This document shows positions 41,341-50,309 of a stretch of 64,000 bases of DNA, piece after piece. Numbering within the stretch: position 1 is the stretch's first letter; every line of letters begins with the position of its first letter. The DNA is taken from IMG/VR virus record IMGVR_UViG_3300043821_000026, positions 1 through 64,000 of that record. One strand, 5' to 3'. The DNA comes from a virus (taxonomy: Duplodnaviria > Caudoviricetes). The notes below the pieces were generated by a model. That model saw only the letters and a program-made list of their open reading frames with translations. It did not search any database and had not been told where the DNA came from. The position numbers were made by a program, and so were the translations under genes.

Positions 41341-42606
41341 ATGGCAGATGTAGCTAATAAACAGAAAATAAATTTAGGTACTGTTAAGGGGGATGATGGT
41401 AACATATACGTTCCTACCTTTGATGGTACAAGACTTAATTTTATTAAAAAACATAATCCACCTGAAGAAACAATTCAAGGTATGGATTTAAAAGGTCAAC
41501 AAGGAAATCAAGGTATTCAGGGTAACCCACCTGCTATTCATGGTACTTTAGATTCTCCATCTAAATTACCTACTTCTAATAATAAAGATGGTGATATTTA
41601 TTTAGTCAATGATGGGGTTACTCAAGGAATAGTATATCAATGGTATGAAAACGCATGGCATAATGTAGGTAATATTGTAGGACCACAAGGTGAACAAGGA
41701 CCTATGGGTACTAGTTATGCATTAGATAATTTATTTACATTGTCTGTAGATGATAACGGTGATTTGTATGTAATATATCCTACAGATAGTAAATTAACTG
41801 ATAAAAATTTTAGCTTCACTAAAGATGGCGATTTGTATTTTATATTAGACCCAGAAAATGGAGATTCCGCTACAAAATTATTTTTAGGTAACGCTAAAGG
41901 ACCTAAAGGTGATACTGGTATATCTATTAAAGCAGATAATTTTTATTATTTCACGATGGATTCAGATGGTAATTTATATGTTGTAGATGATAACGCTAAT
42001 GATTTTGGATACGACCCAGCAACAGGTAATTTGTATAAAAATTATACAGGAACTAATCCTATACTTATAGGAAATGTTCGTGGACCTAAAGGTGATACAG
42101 GAAATAGTTTAATTCATGCTGCAATTGTTACAGAATTACCAGACCCAAATTCGGCTGATATTAGTACTTTATATTTTATTAAAAATAGTGCTTCATCAGG
42201 AACAGACCAATATGATGAATATATTCTTGTTGATAATAACGGAACTAAAACATTTGAACAATTAGGAACTAAACAAATAGATTTGAGTAATTATTTTACT
42301 AAAACTGAAATAAATACTATGTTAGGTAGTTATTTATTAAAAACAGATAATATATCTGATAGTAAAATATTAGTTACTACAGAAAATTATGGTGCTGGAT
42401 TAACTCAAAACCAATTTAATGCTTTTGTATCTTCAGATATATTAACAGTTAAATCTACATTAACAAATAAAGCGAATAGTAGTGATGTTTATACAAAAAC
42501 ACAAGTAGATGCTATGTCTAGTGGTAAGGCTGATAAAACTGATGTATATTCTAAGGCTGAGATTGATGCTTTACTTGGTACAGCTAATGATATTATAACA
42601 GGGTGA
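41341..42606 (+). CDS. Fibre stalk protein A1 (short collagen-like GXY hinges, YTKTE repeats)
   Basis: GQQGNQGIQG, GPQGEQG and GPKGDTG motifs. 'IVTELP...LYFIK...YDEY...FEQLG' domain. KADKTDVYSKAE repeats. Confidence 0.7.
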   Translation: MADVANKQKINLGTVKGDDGNIYVPTFDGTRLNFIKKHNPPEETIQGMDLKGQQGNQGIQGNPPAIHGTLDSPSKLPTSNNKDGDIYLVNDGVTQGIVYQWYENAWHNVGNIVGPQGEQGPMGTSYALDNLFTLSVDDNGDLYVIYPTDSKLTDKNFSFTKDGDLYFILDPENGDSATKLFLGNAKGPKGDTGISIKADNFYYFTMDSDGNLYVVDDNANDFGYDPATGNLYKNYTGTNPILIGNVRGPKGDTGNSLIHAAIVTELPDPNSADISTLYFIKNSASSGTDQYDEYILVDNNGTKTFEQLGTKQIDLSNYFTKTEINTMLGSYLLKTDNISDSKILVTTENYGAGLTQNQFNAFVSSDILTVKSTLTNKANSSDVYTKTQVDAMSSGKADKTDVYSKAEIDALLGTANDIITG

Positions 42607-42612
42607 TTAATT

Positions 42613-44821
42613 ATGAGTTTAATGACTAATTTAACAACACTTAGAGAAACAATAGTAACAAACCTACAAAACAAGGGAATAACCGAAGCAAGTAATAGTA
42701 TGGGATTAACAACCTTAGCAAACAAGATTACAAGCATTAGTACTGGAGAAACATACACAATAAGCACAATTACACCTTTTACAACAACAGGATTCATTGA
42801 CGAACAAATTCCTATTACAATTACTGCAGTGGATAGTAAAAATAAACCTGCTGCTGTTAAAATTTATCTTAAAATTGATAATATTGTACAAGAAAAAACC
42901 GTGCAAACCTTAAAAAATGGTAGGGCTGTATTAAATTTTTCTTCAAATGTAGTAGGAGAACATACTATTCAAGCATTCATAAATGAAACAAGTGTTAGTT
43001 CTCCTATTACTATTACGTTAAGTAATCCTAATTATTATGTTAATCCTGCAGGGAAGTGATAGTAATGCTGGTACAAGCAGTACTGCACCATTTAAGACTT
43101 TGAATAAAGCAATTAGTACTGCAACAGATAAGAGTAGTATTTATGTTCAAGCAGGATACTATGTAGGAACAAGTAATACTGTATTAAGTATATCAAAAAA
43201 TTTAACAATTTACTGTAATGGTTCTGCACTATTTGATGGGGAGAATGTTAGACAATCCGGATTCACAGTAGCAAGTGGTTATAGTGTTACTTTGAATGGT
43301 TTAAAGTTTATTAATGGTTCAGGTAATGCTGGTGCTGTAACTGTGAATGAAAATTGTAGTATAATAAATTGTAATTTCACAAACAATGAGAAAAGTACTT
43401 CAACCGATGATGCGACAGGTTGGGGTGGTGCTGTTTATTGTATTGGTTCAAATAATTATATTTTTAATTCCGATTTTTATAGTAACAAAGCTTATAATGG
43501 TGGGGCTATTTATAACAATTCCTCAAATACTGTGACTGATTGTACATTTTCAGGTAATAATGCTTCAACTCATGGTGGGGCTATTTGGAACGATTCCTCA
43601 AATATTGTGACTGATTGTACATTTTCAGGTAATAATGCTTCAACTGATGGTGGGGCTATTTATAACAATTCCTCAAATAATACTGTGACTGATTGTACAT
43701 TTTCAAGTAATAATGCTTCAAGGAATGGTGGGGGTATTTATAACAGTTCCTCAAATAATACTGTGACTGATTGTACATTTTCAGGTAATAATGCTTCAAC
43801 TGATGGTGGGGCTATTTATAACAGTTCCTCAAATATTGTGACTGATTGTACATTTTCAGGTAATAATGCTTCAACTGATGGTGGGGCTATTTATAACAAT
43901 TCCTCAAATAATACTGTGACTGATTGTACATTTTCAAGTAATAATGCTTCAAGTAGTGGTGGGGGTATTTGTAACAATTCCTCAAATAATACTGTGACTG
44001 ATTGTACATTTTCAGGTAATAATGCTTCAGCTTATGGTGGGGCTATTTATAACGATTCCTCAAATATTGTGACTGATTGTACATTCAGTAATAATGCTTC
44101 AAATAAGGGTGGGGGTATTTGTAACAATTTCTCAAATAATACTGTGACTGATTGTACATTTTCAGGTAATAATGCTTCAAGTAATGGTGGGGGTATTTGT
44201 AACAATTTCTCAAATAATACTGTGACTGATTGTACATTTAGTAATAATGCTTCAACTGATGGTGGGGCTATTTATAACAATTTCGCAAATAATATTGTGA
44301 CTGATTGTACATTTTCAGGTAATAATGCTTCAAGTAATGGTGGGGGTATTTATATTGATGATGATAATGATAATGTTAAAAATTGCAGTTTCAAAAACAA
44401 TACACCAACAAATCTTTATATTATAGAAGAAACTTATTCTGGTACAGTAACAAACTGTTACTGGGGAACAGACACACCAACAACAAGTGATTATGGAACA
44501 ATCAATAATTATACCGTAACAAATAATGCAACTAGTAAAACCGTGTACAACATAATAAAATACACTAAAGCCTCTGCAACAACAGGCACAAACATACCAT
44601 TAACCTTTAAATGTTTAGATTGCAATGGTAATCCTTTAAGTAACATGGAAATAGTACTTAAAAATGGTACAACCACATTAGCAACACTCACAACGGATAA
44701 TTATGGAATAGCAACTTATACAGTAACAGTAACAGCAAACATGAGTTTAACAATCACAAATACTGCAACAAATAATTATAATTCATGTACAAGCGAAACA
44801 AGAACAATAACAGTGGCATAA
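42613..44821 (+). pseudogene. Adhesin head B1 (docking motif + Ig + polymorphic GGAI beta-helix + Ig), split by a single +1 frameshift at 43051-43053
   Basis: Track ORFs 42613..43059 and 43037..44821 join into ~735 aa if one G of GGG is removed. This restores the beta-helix cap motif YYVNPAGSDSNAGTSSTAPFKTLNKAI across the junction. Confidence 0.75.
43497..44352 (+). repeat. Coding tandem array, 11 near-identical units of 75-78 bp (beta-helix coils VTDCTFSGNNASxxGGAIYN)
   Basis: GTGACTGATTGTACATT recurs at 43532, 43607, 43685, 43763, 43838, 43916, 43994, 44069, 44144, 44222 and 44297. Confidence 0.95.
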
Positions 44822-44829
44822 AATATGTA

Positions 44830-44996
44830 CAAAAATTACAAACCATTACATGATTTGTTGTATCTCTTGTATGTGTTCCATTATAATCAATCCATCTATC
44901 TGTTGAACTTGTGAAATCATCATAGAATATATAATCTTTAACTGTTACACTCACAGTATCAGAATAATCATAGGTAGCTACACCACTACTGTTCAT
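44830..44996 (-). pseudogene. Inverted remnant of an adhesin/fibre-head gene
   Basis: The minus strand reads NSSGVATYDYSDTVSVTVKDYIFYDDFTSSTDRWIDYNGTHTRDTTNHVM, resembling an Ig-domain end joined to the start of a lectin-like domain. It occupies intergenic space where no + strand gene exists. Confidence 0.5.
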
Positions 44997-45089
44997 TAAA
45001 CTTTCATATAATGAACAAAAAATCTGTTATTTTATTAAGGATAAAATACAGAATAATATAGAAATAATAACTAATGATATAGTGATAAC

Positions 45090-45386
45090 ATGGTAGAACA
45101 AAAACAGTTTTTAGGAAATTTTAAAGTAGATATATCAAGCAAAGCCGATAAGGCTGATGTATATACTAAAACAGAAATAAATACAATGATGAATCATACA
45201 GGTGCTAATAGTAATACTTTAGTTCCTTTTATTAATATTAATAGTAAAGGTGTATTAAGTGTTAAATATGAATTATTTAATAATACTGATATACTAACCT
45301 TTAATACAATTATAGATAATGATACAACATATTCACCTAGTGATATGGAAGATATACCTTTATTAAATACAGTAATGGGAGAATAA
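45090..45386 (+). CDS. Minimal fibre stalk/adaptor A2
   Basis: 98 aa. N-terminal KQFLGNFK (cf. KINLGTVK in A1, KIANIK in A4) is joined directly to KADKADVYTKTEINTM (cf. A1). Confidence 0.65.
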   Translation: MVEQKQFLGNFKVDISSKADKADVYTKTEINTMMNHTGANSNTLVPFININSKGVLSVKYELFNNTDILTFNTIIDNDTTYSPSDMEDIPLLNTVMGE

Positions 45387-45388
45387 AA

Positions 45389-46237
45389 ATGACTTTAAAA
45401 CAAAAAATAGTAAATTTACAAAATAAAATGGCAGATAATTTAGCACGAAAAGGAATATCTGACTTAGAAAAAACAGTAGTTGATAGTGACAATAATGTAA
45501 CTTCTAAAGGAAGTAGTTTAATAGATATGGTCAATCAAATACCAAATACATGGGAATATATTAAATTTAATTTTACAGGTGATTTACCAGAAATAGTTGA
45601 TACAGGTTCAGATGTGATTAGTCAATATATTATTGGATTAAATAATTTAACTATTTCAAGTTCAGATATTAAATTTCCAGTACTACAATTTTGTACTAAT
45701 TCAGTATTTAAAAGTACTGCTATATTATGTGAATGTCCAGAATTAATATATGCTAAAAATATTAAATTTAGCGATGGAAAAGCAGCTGGAAATATTATAG
45801 GAAGTTGTGGTAAATTAGAATATGTTGAAGATATTGATACCTCCTTATTAGTAGACTATGAGGGAAGTGGTATAACAGATAATGCAGTTTTAAAAAGAAT
45901 TTCAAATCTTATATTACCAAATGCCGCATTATGTCAGTTTTATATATCAGCATGTCCTTTGTTAGAAACTATTGAAGGCATTGATTTATCATCTACAGAT
46001 TTTAATGGTTGGGTACCTACTACTTGTCCTGCACTTACTACTTTAAAAGTTTCCGGTCTTCATTTAGATACAAATTTAAGTACATTAACAACATTAAATC
46101 ATGAAAGTTTAGTTTATATAATTAATAATGCAAAAACAGTTACTGGGAAAACATTAACTTTAGGAGCAGTTAATTTAGCTAAACTTACAGATGCAGAAAA
46201 AAAAGTTGCTACAGATAAAGGTTGGACCTTAGCTTAA
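45389..46237 (+). CDS. Adhesin head B2 (docking motif + LRR/BspA-like solenoid)
   Basis: N-terminal 'MADNLARKGI...SLIDMVNQI'. Repeats C..L..I..(I/L)D.S. C-cap 'SLVYIINN...TLTLGAVNLAKLT..EKKVATDKGWTL'. Confidence 0.7.
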   Translation: MTLKQKIVNLQNKMADNLARKGISDLEKTVVDSDNNVTSKGSSLIDMVNQIPNTWEYIKFNFTGDLPEIVDTGSDVISQYIIGLNNLTISSSDIKFPVLQFCTNSVFKSTAILCECPELIYAKNIKFSDGKAAGNIIGSCGKLEYVEDIDTSLLVDYEGSGITDNAVLKRISNLILPNAALCQFYISACPLLETIEGIDLSSTDFNGWVPTTCPALTTLKVSGLHLDTNLSTLTTLNHESLVYIINNAKTVTGKTLTLGAVNLAKLTDAEKKVATDKGWTLA

Positions 46238-46247
46238 GGTGATTATT

Positions 46248-47753
46248 ATGGATTGGAATCTTCCAGAGATTCTAGATGTTGAATTTTTAACTGACGAAGA
46301 AGTTGAAGAATTAATTAAAATTAAAGCAAACATTGATGATATTTATACTAAATTAGAAACAGATAATAAAATTATCGAAAAGTTACAACCATATATAACT
46401 TCTGATGCTATCGATACTAAATACATAAGTAAGGATTTGTTGAATACCAAATTAGATTTATATTTATTAAAAAGTGAAGCTGGGATTACCTATGTTAATA
46501 ATTCACAACTTACTGGTGCTTTAAATTCATATATGAATACGGTAGATTTATATGATAATTTTTACAATAAAGGACGAACTGATGGTAAGATAGCAACTTT
46601 AGAGGGTACTATTAATAATAAACTAAGTACTTGTATGAAAATATCTGATGCTTATTCTGCATTTGTTACTATGGAGCAATATACAGGTCAAAGCCTTGTT
46701 GGAATAAATAACTTAGAAAAAAAAATAATATATCTTTTCGAAAATAATAATATTTTATTTAATCAATATATGGATTCAACTGTATTATCAAGTTCAGAAT
46801 GGACCGTTACAAATTGTACTGCAACTGATTATTCTAGTAATGGATATGGAGAAGTTACTATTGGAACATCAAAAACAGTTGGTTCTTTAATTATGAATAA
46901 TTTTATTAAGGTAGATAATAATTGTTCTATTAGTATTAATACATATAATCCATTTAACATTATTTACAATAAAGGACGAACTGATGGTAAGATAGCAACT
47001 TTAGAGGGTACTATTAATAATAAACTAAGTACTTGTATGAAAATATCTGATGCTTATTCTGCATTTGTTACTATGGAGCAATATACAGGTCAAAGCCTTG
47101 TTGGAATAAATAACTTAGAAAAAAAAATAATATATCTTTTCGAAAATAATAATATTTTATTTAATCAATATATGGATTCAACTGTATTATCAAGTTCAGA
47201 ATGGACCGTTACAAATTGTACTGCAACTGATTATTCTAGTAATGGATATGGAGAAGTTACTATTGGAACATCAAAAACAGTTGGTTCTTTAATTATGAAT
47301 AATTTTATTAAGGTAGATAATAATTGTTCTATTAGTATTAATACATATAATCCATTTAACATTATTACAGATACTAATAAAATACTTGCAGTATCTCCTA
47401 CTTATTCATCAGGAACAAGTATTACATATAAATCTTCAGATGGTACAGTTATATCAACAGCACAAGATAGTACTGCAAGTAAGCCATCAATTATTATTAT
47501 AACCATTATAAATAATAATATTACTTGTAATATTGATGGTAAGAAAATAACATTAACAAATGATGATATAATTAATAATTTTACAAATATCAAACTTTCA
47601 GTTACTAGTAATGGAACAAGTGCGTTTTATATTAATGATATTTTTACTATATCAAAATTAACCACTCCACAAACAGATATAGATTCATTACAATCAAGAG
47701 TAACTGCCCTCGAACAAGGTCTTACAACTTTAGATACCTACTTAAAGAGCTAA
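46248..47753 (+). CDS. Fibre stalk-like protein A3 with a perfect 134-aa internal duplication
   Basis: Short Y..K repeats (YISK, YLLK, FYNK), a beta-rich domain and a C-terminal coiled coil 'IDSLQSRVTALE'. ATG 46248 follows GGTGA (track GTG 46239). Confidence 0.6.
   Translation: MDWNLPEILDVEFLTDEEVEELIKIKANIDDIYTKLETDNKIIEKLQPYITSDAIDTKYISKDLLNTKLDLYLLKSEAGITYVNNSQLTGALNSYMNTVDLYDNFYNKGRTDGKIATLEGTINNKLSTCMKISDAYSAFVTMEQYTGQSLVGINNLEKKIIYLFENNNILFNQYMDSTVLSSSEWTVTNCTATDYSSNGYGEVTIGTSKTVGSLIMNNFIKVDNNCSISINTYNPFNIIYNKGRTDGKIATLEGTINNKLSTCMKISDAYSAFVTMEQYTGQSLVGINNLEKKIIYLFENNNILFNQYMDSTVLSSSEWTVTNCTATDYSSNGYGEVTIGTSKTVGSLIMNNFIKVDNNCSISINTYNPFNIITDTNKILAVSPTYSSGTSITYKSSDGTVISTAQDSTASKPSIIIITIINNNITCNIDGKKITLTNDDIINNFTNIKLSVTSNGTSAFYINDIFTISKLTTPQTDIDSLQSRVTALEQGLTTLDTYLKS
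46561..47366 (+). repeat. Perfect in-frame 402-bp tandem duplication
   Basis: 46561-46964 matches 46963-47366 (offset 402). No mismatch found by eye; the translation is identical. Confidence 0.95.
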
Positions 47754-47756
47754 AAA

Positions 47757-48635
47757 ATGACAGATATAAACACAGTAGCGACTGACCTTAAGTCAGTCAG
47801 AGATAAACTTGCTAATAAACTTACAGAATGTGGGGTTAATGTAAGTAGTGCCGATGGGCCTACGACATTAGCAAAGAAGATATCTTTTATTGGTACATCA
47901 GAAACTGAAATAGATAGTACTGATATTTATAATGGCAGTACCGATATTCAACAAAATAAAATAACTTTTAGAAATTATTTAGCAAACCAAGTAACTAAAC
48001 AAGGAACTACGGTATCTGATACTGATTCTATTTTAGATTAATTAATAAAATCGAAAACAAAACACCTCCTAATTATTATATTTTAACAGATGATGCTTCT
48101 ACTGATATGACAAGTAATTATGAATCTAGCGTAGGATTAAGAAATAGTGGTACTGGTACTATAACTCATAATAGTAATGGATACTATGTATTAGCTAACA
48201 CTAAAGCAAGTTCTATGAGTTATATACCAATTCAAGGTATTACATGGAAAGCAAAAATTTATTATTGAATTTGATAGCTATTTTCCAACAAGTAATTCAA
48301 ATGTAAGTACAGGATTCGTGGTTTGTCAAAGTAGTACAGATTGGTGTAGTCATTACGCTAATGATATGAATCTTTATTATTGGGGAACAATGTTAAGTAA
48401 TGTTTTAACTAAGTCATCAGTTAATTATACTTCACTTATAGCTGATTGGACGCATAATAAATATGTTATAGACAACGGATGGTTTAGTATGGTATTAACA
48501 AAACAAAGTGGAGAGAGTATTTATAGTACATCACAACAATTAGATAGTAGATTTAATACAACGACTAATGATTATGGTTTTCCGATTTTATGGGCTGCTA
48601 ATAGTTATTATATTAAGAATATTAAAATCTATTAA
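47757..48635 (+). pseudogene. Adhesin head B3 (two docking motifs + lectin-like beta-sandwich) broken by two compensating frameshifts
   Basis: Track ORFs 47757..48041 and 48318..48635 are in the same frame. A middle segment in another frame (INKIENKTPPNYYILTDDASTD...YIPIQGIT, 48041-48244) bridges them. One base is missing near 48039 and one is extra near 48245; the restored protein is ~292 aa. Confidence 0.75.
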
Positions 48636-48677
48636 AAATTTTTATATATATATACTCAAAAATACATATTAATTAAC

Positions 48678-49082
48678 ATGAATCAAAAATTAGATAAAAC
48701 TCAACATTCAGTATACAAACTAACATATCATTTAGTATTAGTAACCAAATATAGGAGAAAAGTAATTGATACACCTATCTATAATAGATTAATGAATATT
48801 TTTCAAAATATTGGTTTTAAATATAATGTTGTAGTTTTAGAATCTAATTTTGAATCAGACCATATACATATATTGTTTAAAAGCTTTCCTAATATTAATC
48901 TACAAAAATTTGTTAATTCATATAAAAGTGCAAGTAGTAGATTAATTAAAAAAGAATATCCAAAAATAAAAAGAAAGTTGTGGAAATCTCAATTTTGGAA
49001 AAGAGGGTATTTCATAACAATTACTGGTGGGGCAAGTATCGAAACTATAAAACAATACATAGAAAAACAACAAAGGAGGTGA
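48678..49082 (+). CDS. tnpA: IS200/IS605 Y1 (HUH) transposase
   Basis: 'HSVYKLTYHLVLVTKYRRKV', HUH motif 'DHIHIL', 'KSASSR', catalytic Tyr in 'IKQYIEKQ'. Confidence 0.97.
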   Translation: MNQKLDKTQHSVYKLTYHLVLVTKYRRKVIDTPIYNRLMNIFQNIGFKYNVVVLESNFESDHIHILFKSFPNINLQKFVNSYKSASSRLIKKEYPKIKRKLWKSQFWKRGYFITITGGASIETIKQYIEKQQRR

Positions 49083-49086
49083 GATA

Positions 49087-50226
49087 TTGAAAATAGTGAA
49101 TAAAGGAATTAAAGTTAGAATATATCCTAATAAAAAACAAAGAGAATTATTTCAACAAAACTTTGGTTGTTCTAGATTGGTATACAATCAAATATTAGAT
49201 AAATTAAACAATTTATATACTCAATATCCAAGAATGTATAAATTAAATATTAAACTAATCAATACATTGTTGAATCAAATTAAAGTAGAGTTTCCTTTTT
49301 TAAAAGAAGTTGAATCTACTAGCCTTCAACAAGCTAGTCGTGATTTGTTAAAATCTTATCAAATGTTTTTTAAAAACCCTAAATCAAATTTTCCTAAATT
49401 CCATACTAGAAAAAATACTAGATTAAGTTTCAGACAAACTGTAACTAAAAATTTAGTACAAGGAAATCATTTAAAAATAAGAAAATATGGTTTAATTAGA
49501 TTTGGAACTAGTAAGGAATATATTAACTTACTCAATTCAGAAGATATTAAAATTAATAATATAACAATTAGTTGTGATAATTTTAAATACTTTGCTATAA
49601 TCAATATTGAAGCTCCTGTTAATAAATTCAAATTAACTGGTATTAAAAAAGGCTTTGACTTAAATAGTAATAGAAATGGTTTTCTTGTTAGCAATACTGG
49701 TGAAAAATATCAATTTGATATTAATCATGAAATCCAAATGATTAAACAATTGAATAAATCATTAAGTACTAAGAAGAAAGGAAGTCGGAGTTTTAAGTAC
49801 TATACTAAAAGATTGAATAAATGGTATTGCAAAATCAAGAATAAATTAAATGATTTTGCACAAAAACTATCAACTAGTTTAGTTAAAGAATGTGATACTA
49901 TTGTAATTGAAAATAATTGGGTTAATATTCTTAAATCATTGACTAAAGGTGAACAAAATATTCGTTTTCCTTTAAGTAGATTTAAAGATATGATTCAATA
50001 TAAATTTGATTGGCATAAACCTGAAGCGACTGGTTTAGTTGAGGTTAACCCTGCGTATACTAGTCAAATTTGCCATGTGTGTGGTAGTATTAATTCTGTA
50101 CTAACATGTGATAATAGAGAATGGGTTTGTGTTAATTGTCAATCTGTACTTGACAGAGATATTAATGCAGCAATAAACATTCTGAACCGTTGGGACGACG
50201 GGGATTGCCTTTCAGCTCGAAGTTAG
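49087..50226 (+). CDS. tnpB: RNA-guided endonuclease TnpB
   Basis: N-terminal 'KVRIYPN..Q...F...FGC.RLVYN'. RuvC acidic residues GFDL / VIEN / DRDINAAINI. Zn finger CHVC...CVNC. TTG start after GGAGGTGA. Confidence 0.95.
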   Translation: MKIVNKGIKVRIYPNKKQRELFQQNFGCSRLVYNQILDKLNNLYTQYPRMYKLNIKLINTLLNQIKVEFPFLKEVESTSLQQASRDLLKSYQMFFKNPKSNFPKFHTRKNTRLSFRQTVTKNLVQGNHLKIRKYGLIRFGTSKEYINLLNSEDIKINNITISCDNFKYFAIINIEAPVNKFKLTGIKKGFDLNSNRNGFLVSNTGEKYQFDINHEIQMIKQLNKSLSTKKKGSRSFKYYTKRLNKWYCKIKNKLNDFAQKLSTSLVKECDTIVIENNWVNILKSLTKGEQNIRFPLSRFKDMIQYKFDWHKPEATGLVEVNPAYTSQICHVCGSINSVLTCDNREWVCVNCQSVLDRDINAAINILNRWDDGDCLSARS

Positions 50227-50280
50227 GAATCCACCACTTCTATAAGTGGTGGTAGTTCAAGCTTATATAATACAAAAATT
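50110..50280 (+). ncRNA. Predicted TnpB omegaRNA (reRNA); scaffold ends 50260, guide ~50261-50280
   Basis: By established TnpB biology the scaffold overlaps the tnpB 3' end and IS right end, and the guide is flanking DNA. The hairpin CCACCACTT-CTAT-AAGTGGTGG (50231-50252) is seen. The 5' boundary is approximate. Confidence 0.55.
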
Positions 50281-50300
50281 AGATTTTATTTAAAAGAGGT
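50261..50300 (+). promoter_or_regulatory. Repeated viral promoter copy P4, downstream half (separated from its upstream A/T tract by the IS)
   Basis: GC-TTATATA (50263-50269)-ATACAAAAATTAGATTTT, then GAGGT RBS. Confidence 0.65.
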
Positions 50301-50309
50301 AGTATATAA

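Larger units (their letters stand above)
48646..50260 (+). mobile_element. IS200/IS605-family insertion sequence (tnpA + tnpB, co-oriented)
   Basis: Y1 transposase plus TnpB. The right end has a subterminal hairpin and terminal TTCAA (50256-50260). No target duplication. The left end is inferred 3' of TTTAT (48641-48645) and is less certain. Confidence 0.9.

Noticed and set aside
43497-44352. Possible CRISPR array
   Set aside because: Units are 75-78 bp, in frame, encode beta-helix coils and have no unique spacers. No cas genes are present.
44690-45020. Active shufflon/invertible tail-fibre switch
   Set aside because: No DNA-level inverted crossover sites flanking the fragment and no recombinase were found in the window. 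Kept only as a remnant.
46561-47366. Possible diversity-generating retroelement TR/VR pair
   Set aside because: The copies are adjacent, in frame and identical, with no adenine-specific mismatches. No reverse transcriptase lies in the window.
48039-48041. Stop-codon readthrough or alternative genetic code
   Set aside because: The same frame has further stops soon after, and the sensible protein continues in another frame. TAA, TAG and TGA all end genes normally elsewhere.
48646-48720. Left-end hairpin matching the IS right-end hairpin
   Set aside because: No copy of CCACCACTT/AAGTGGTGG was found near tnpA. The left end is inferred only from promoter reconstruction.
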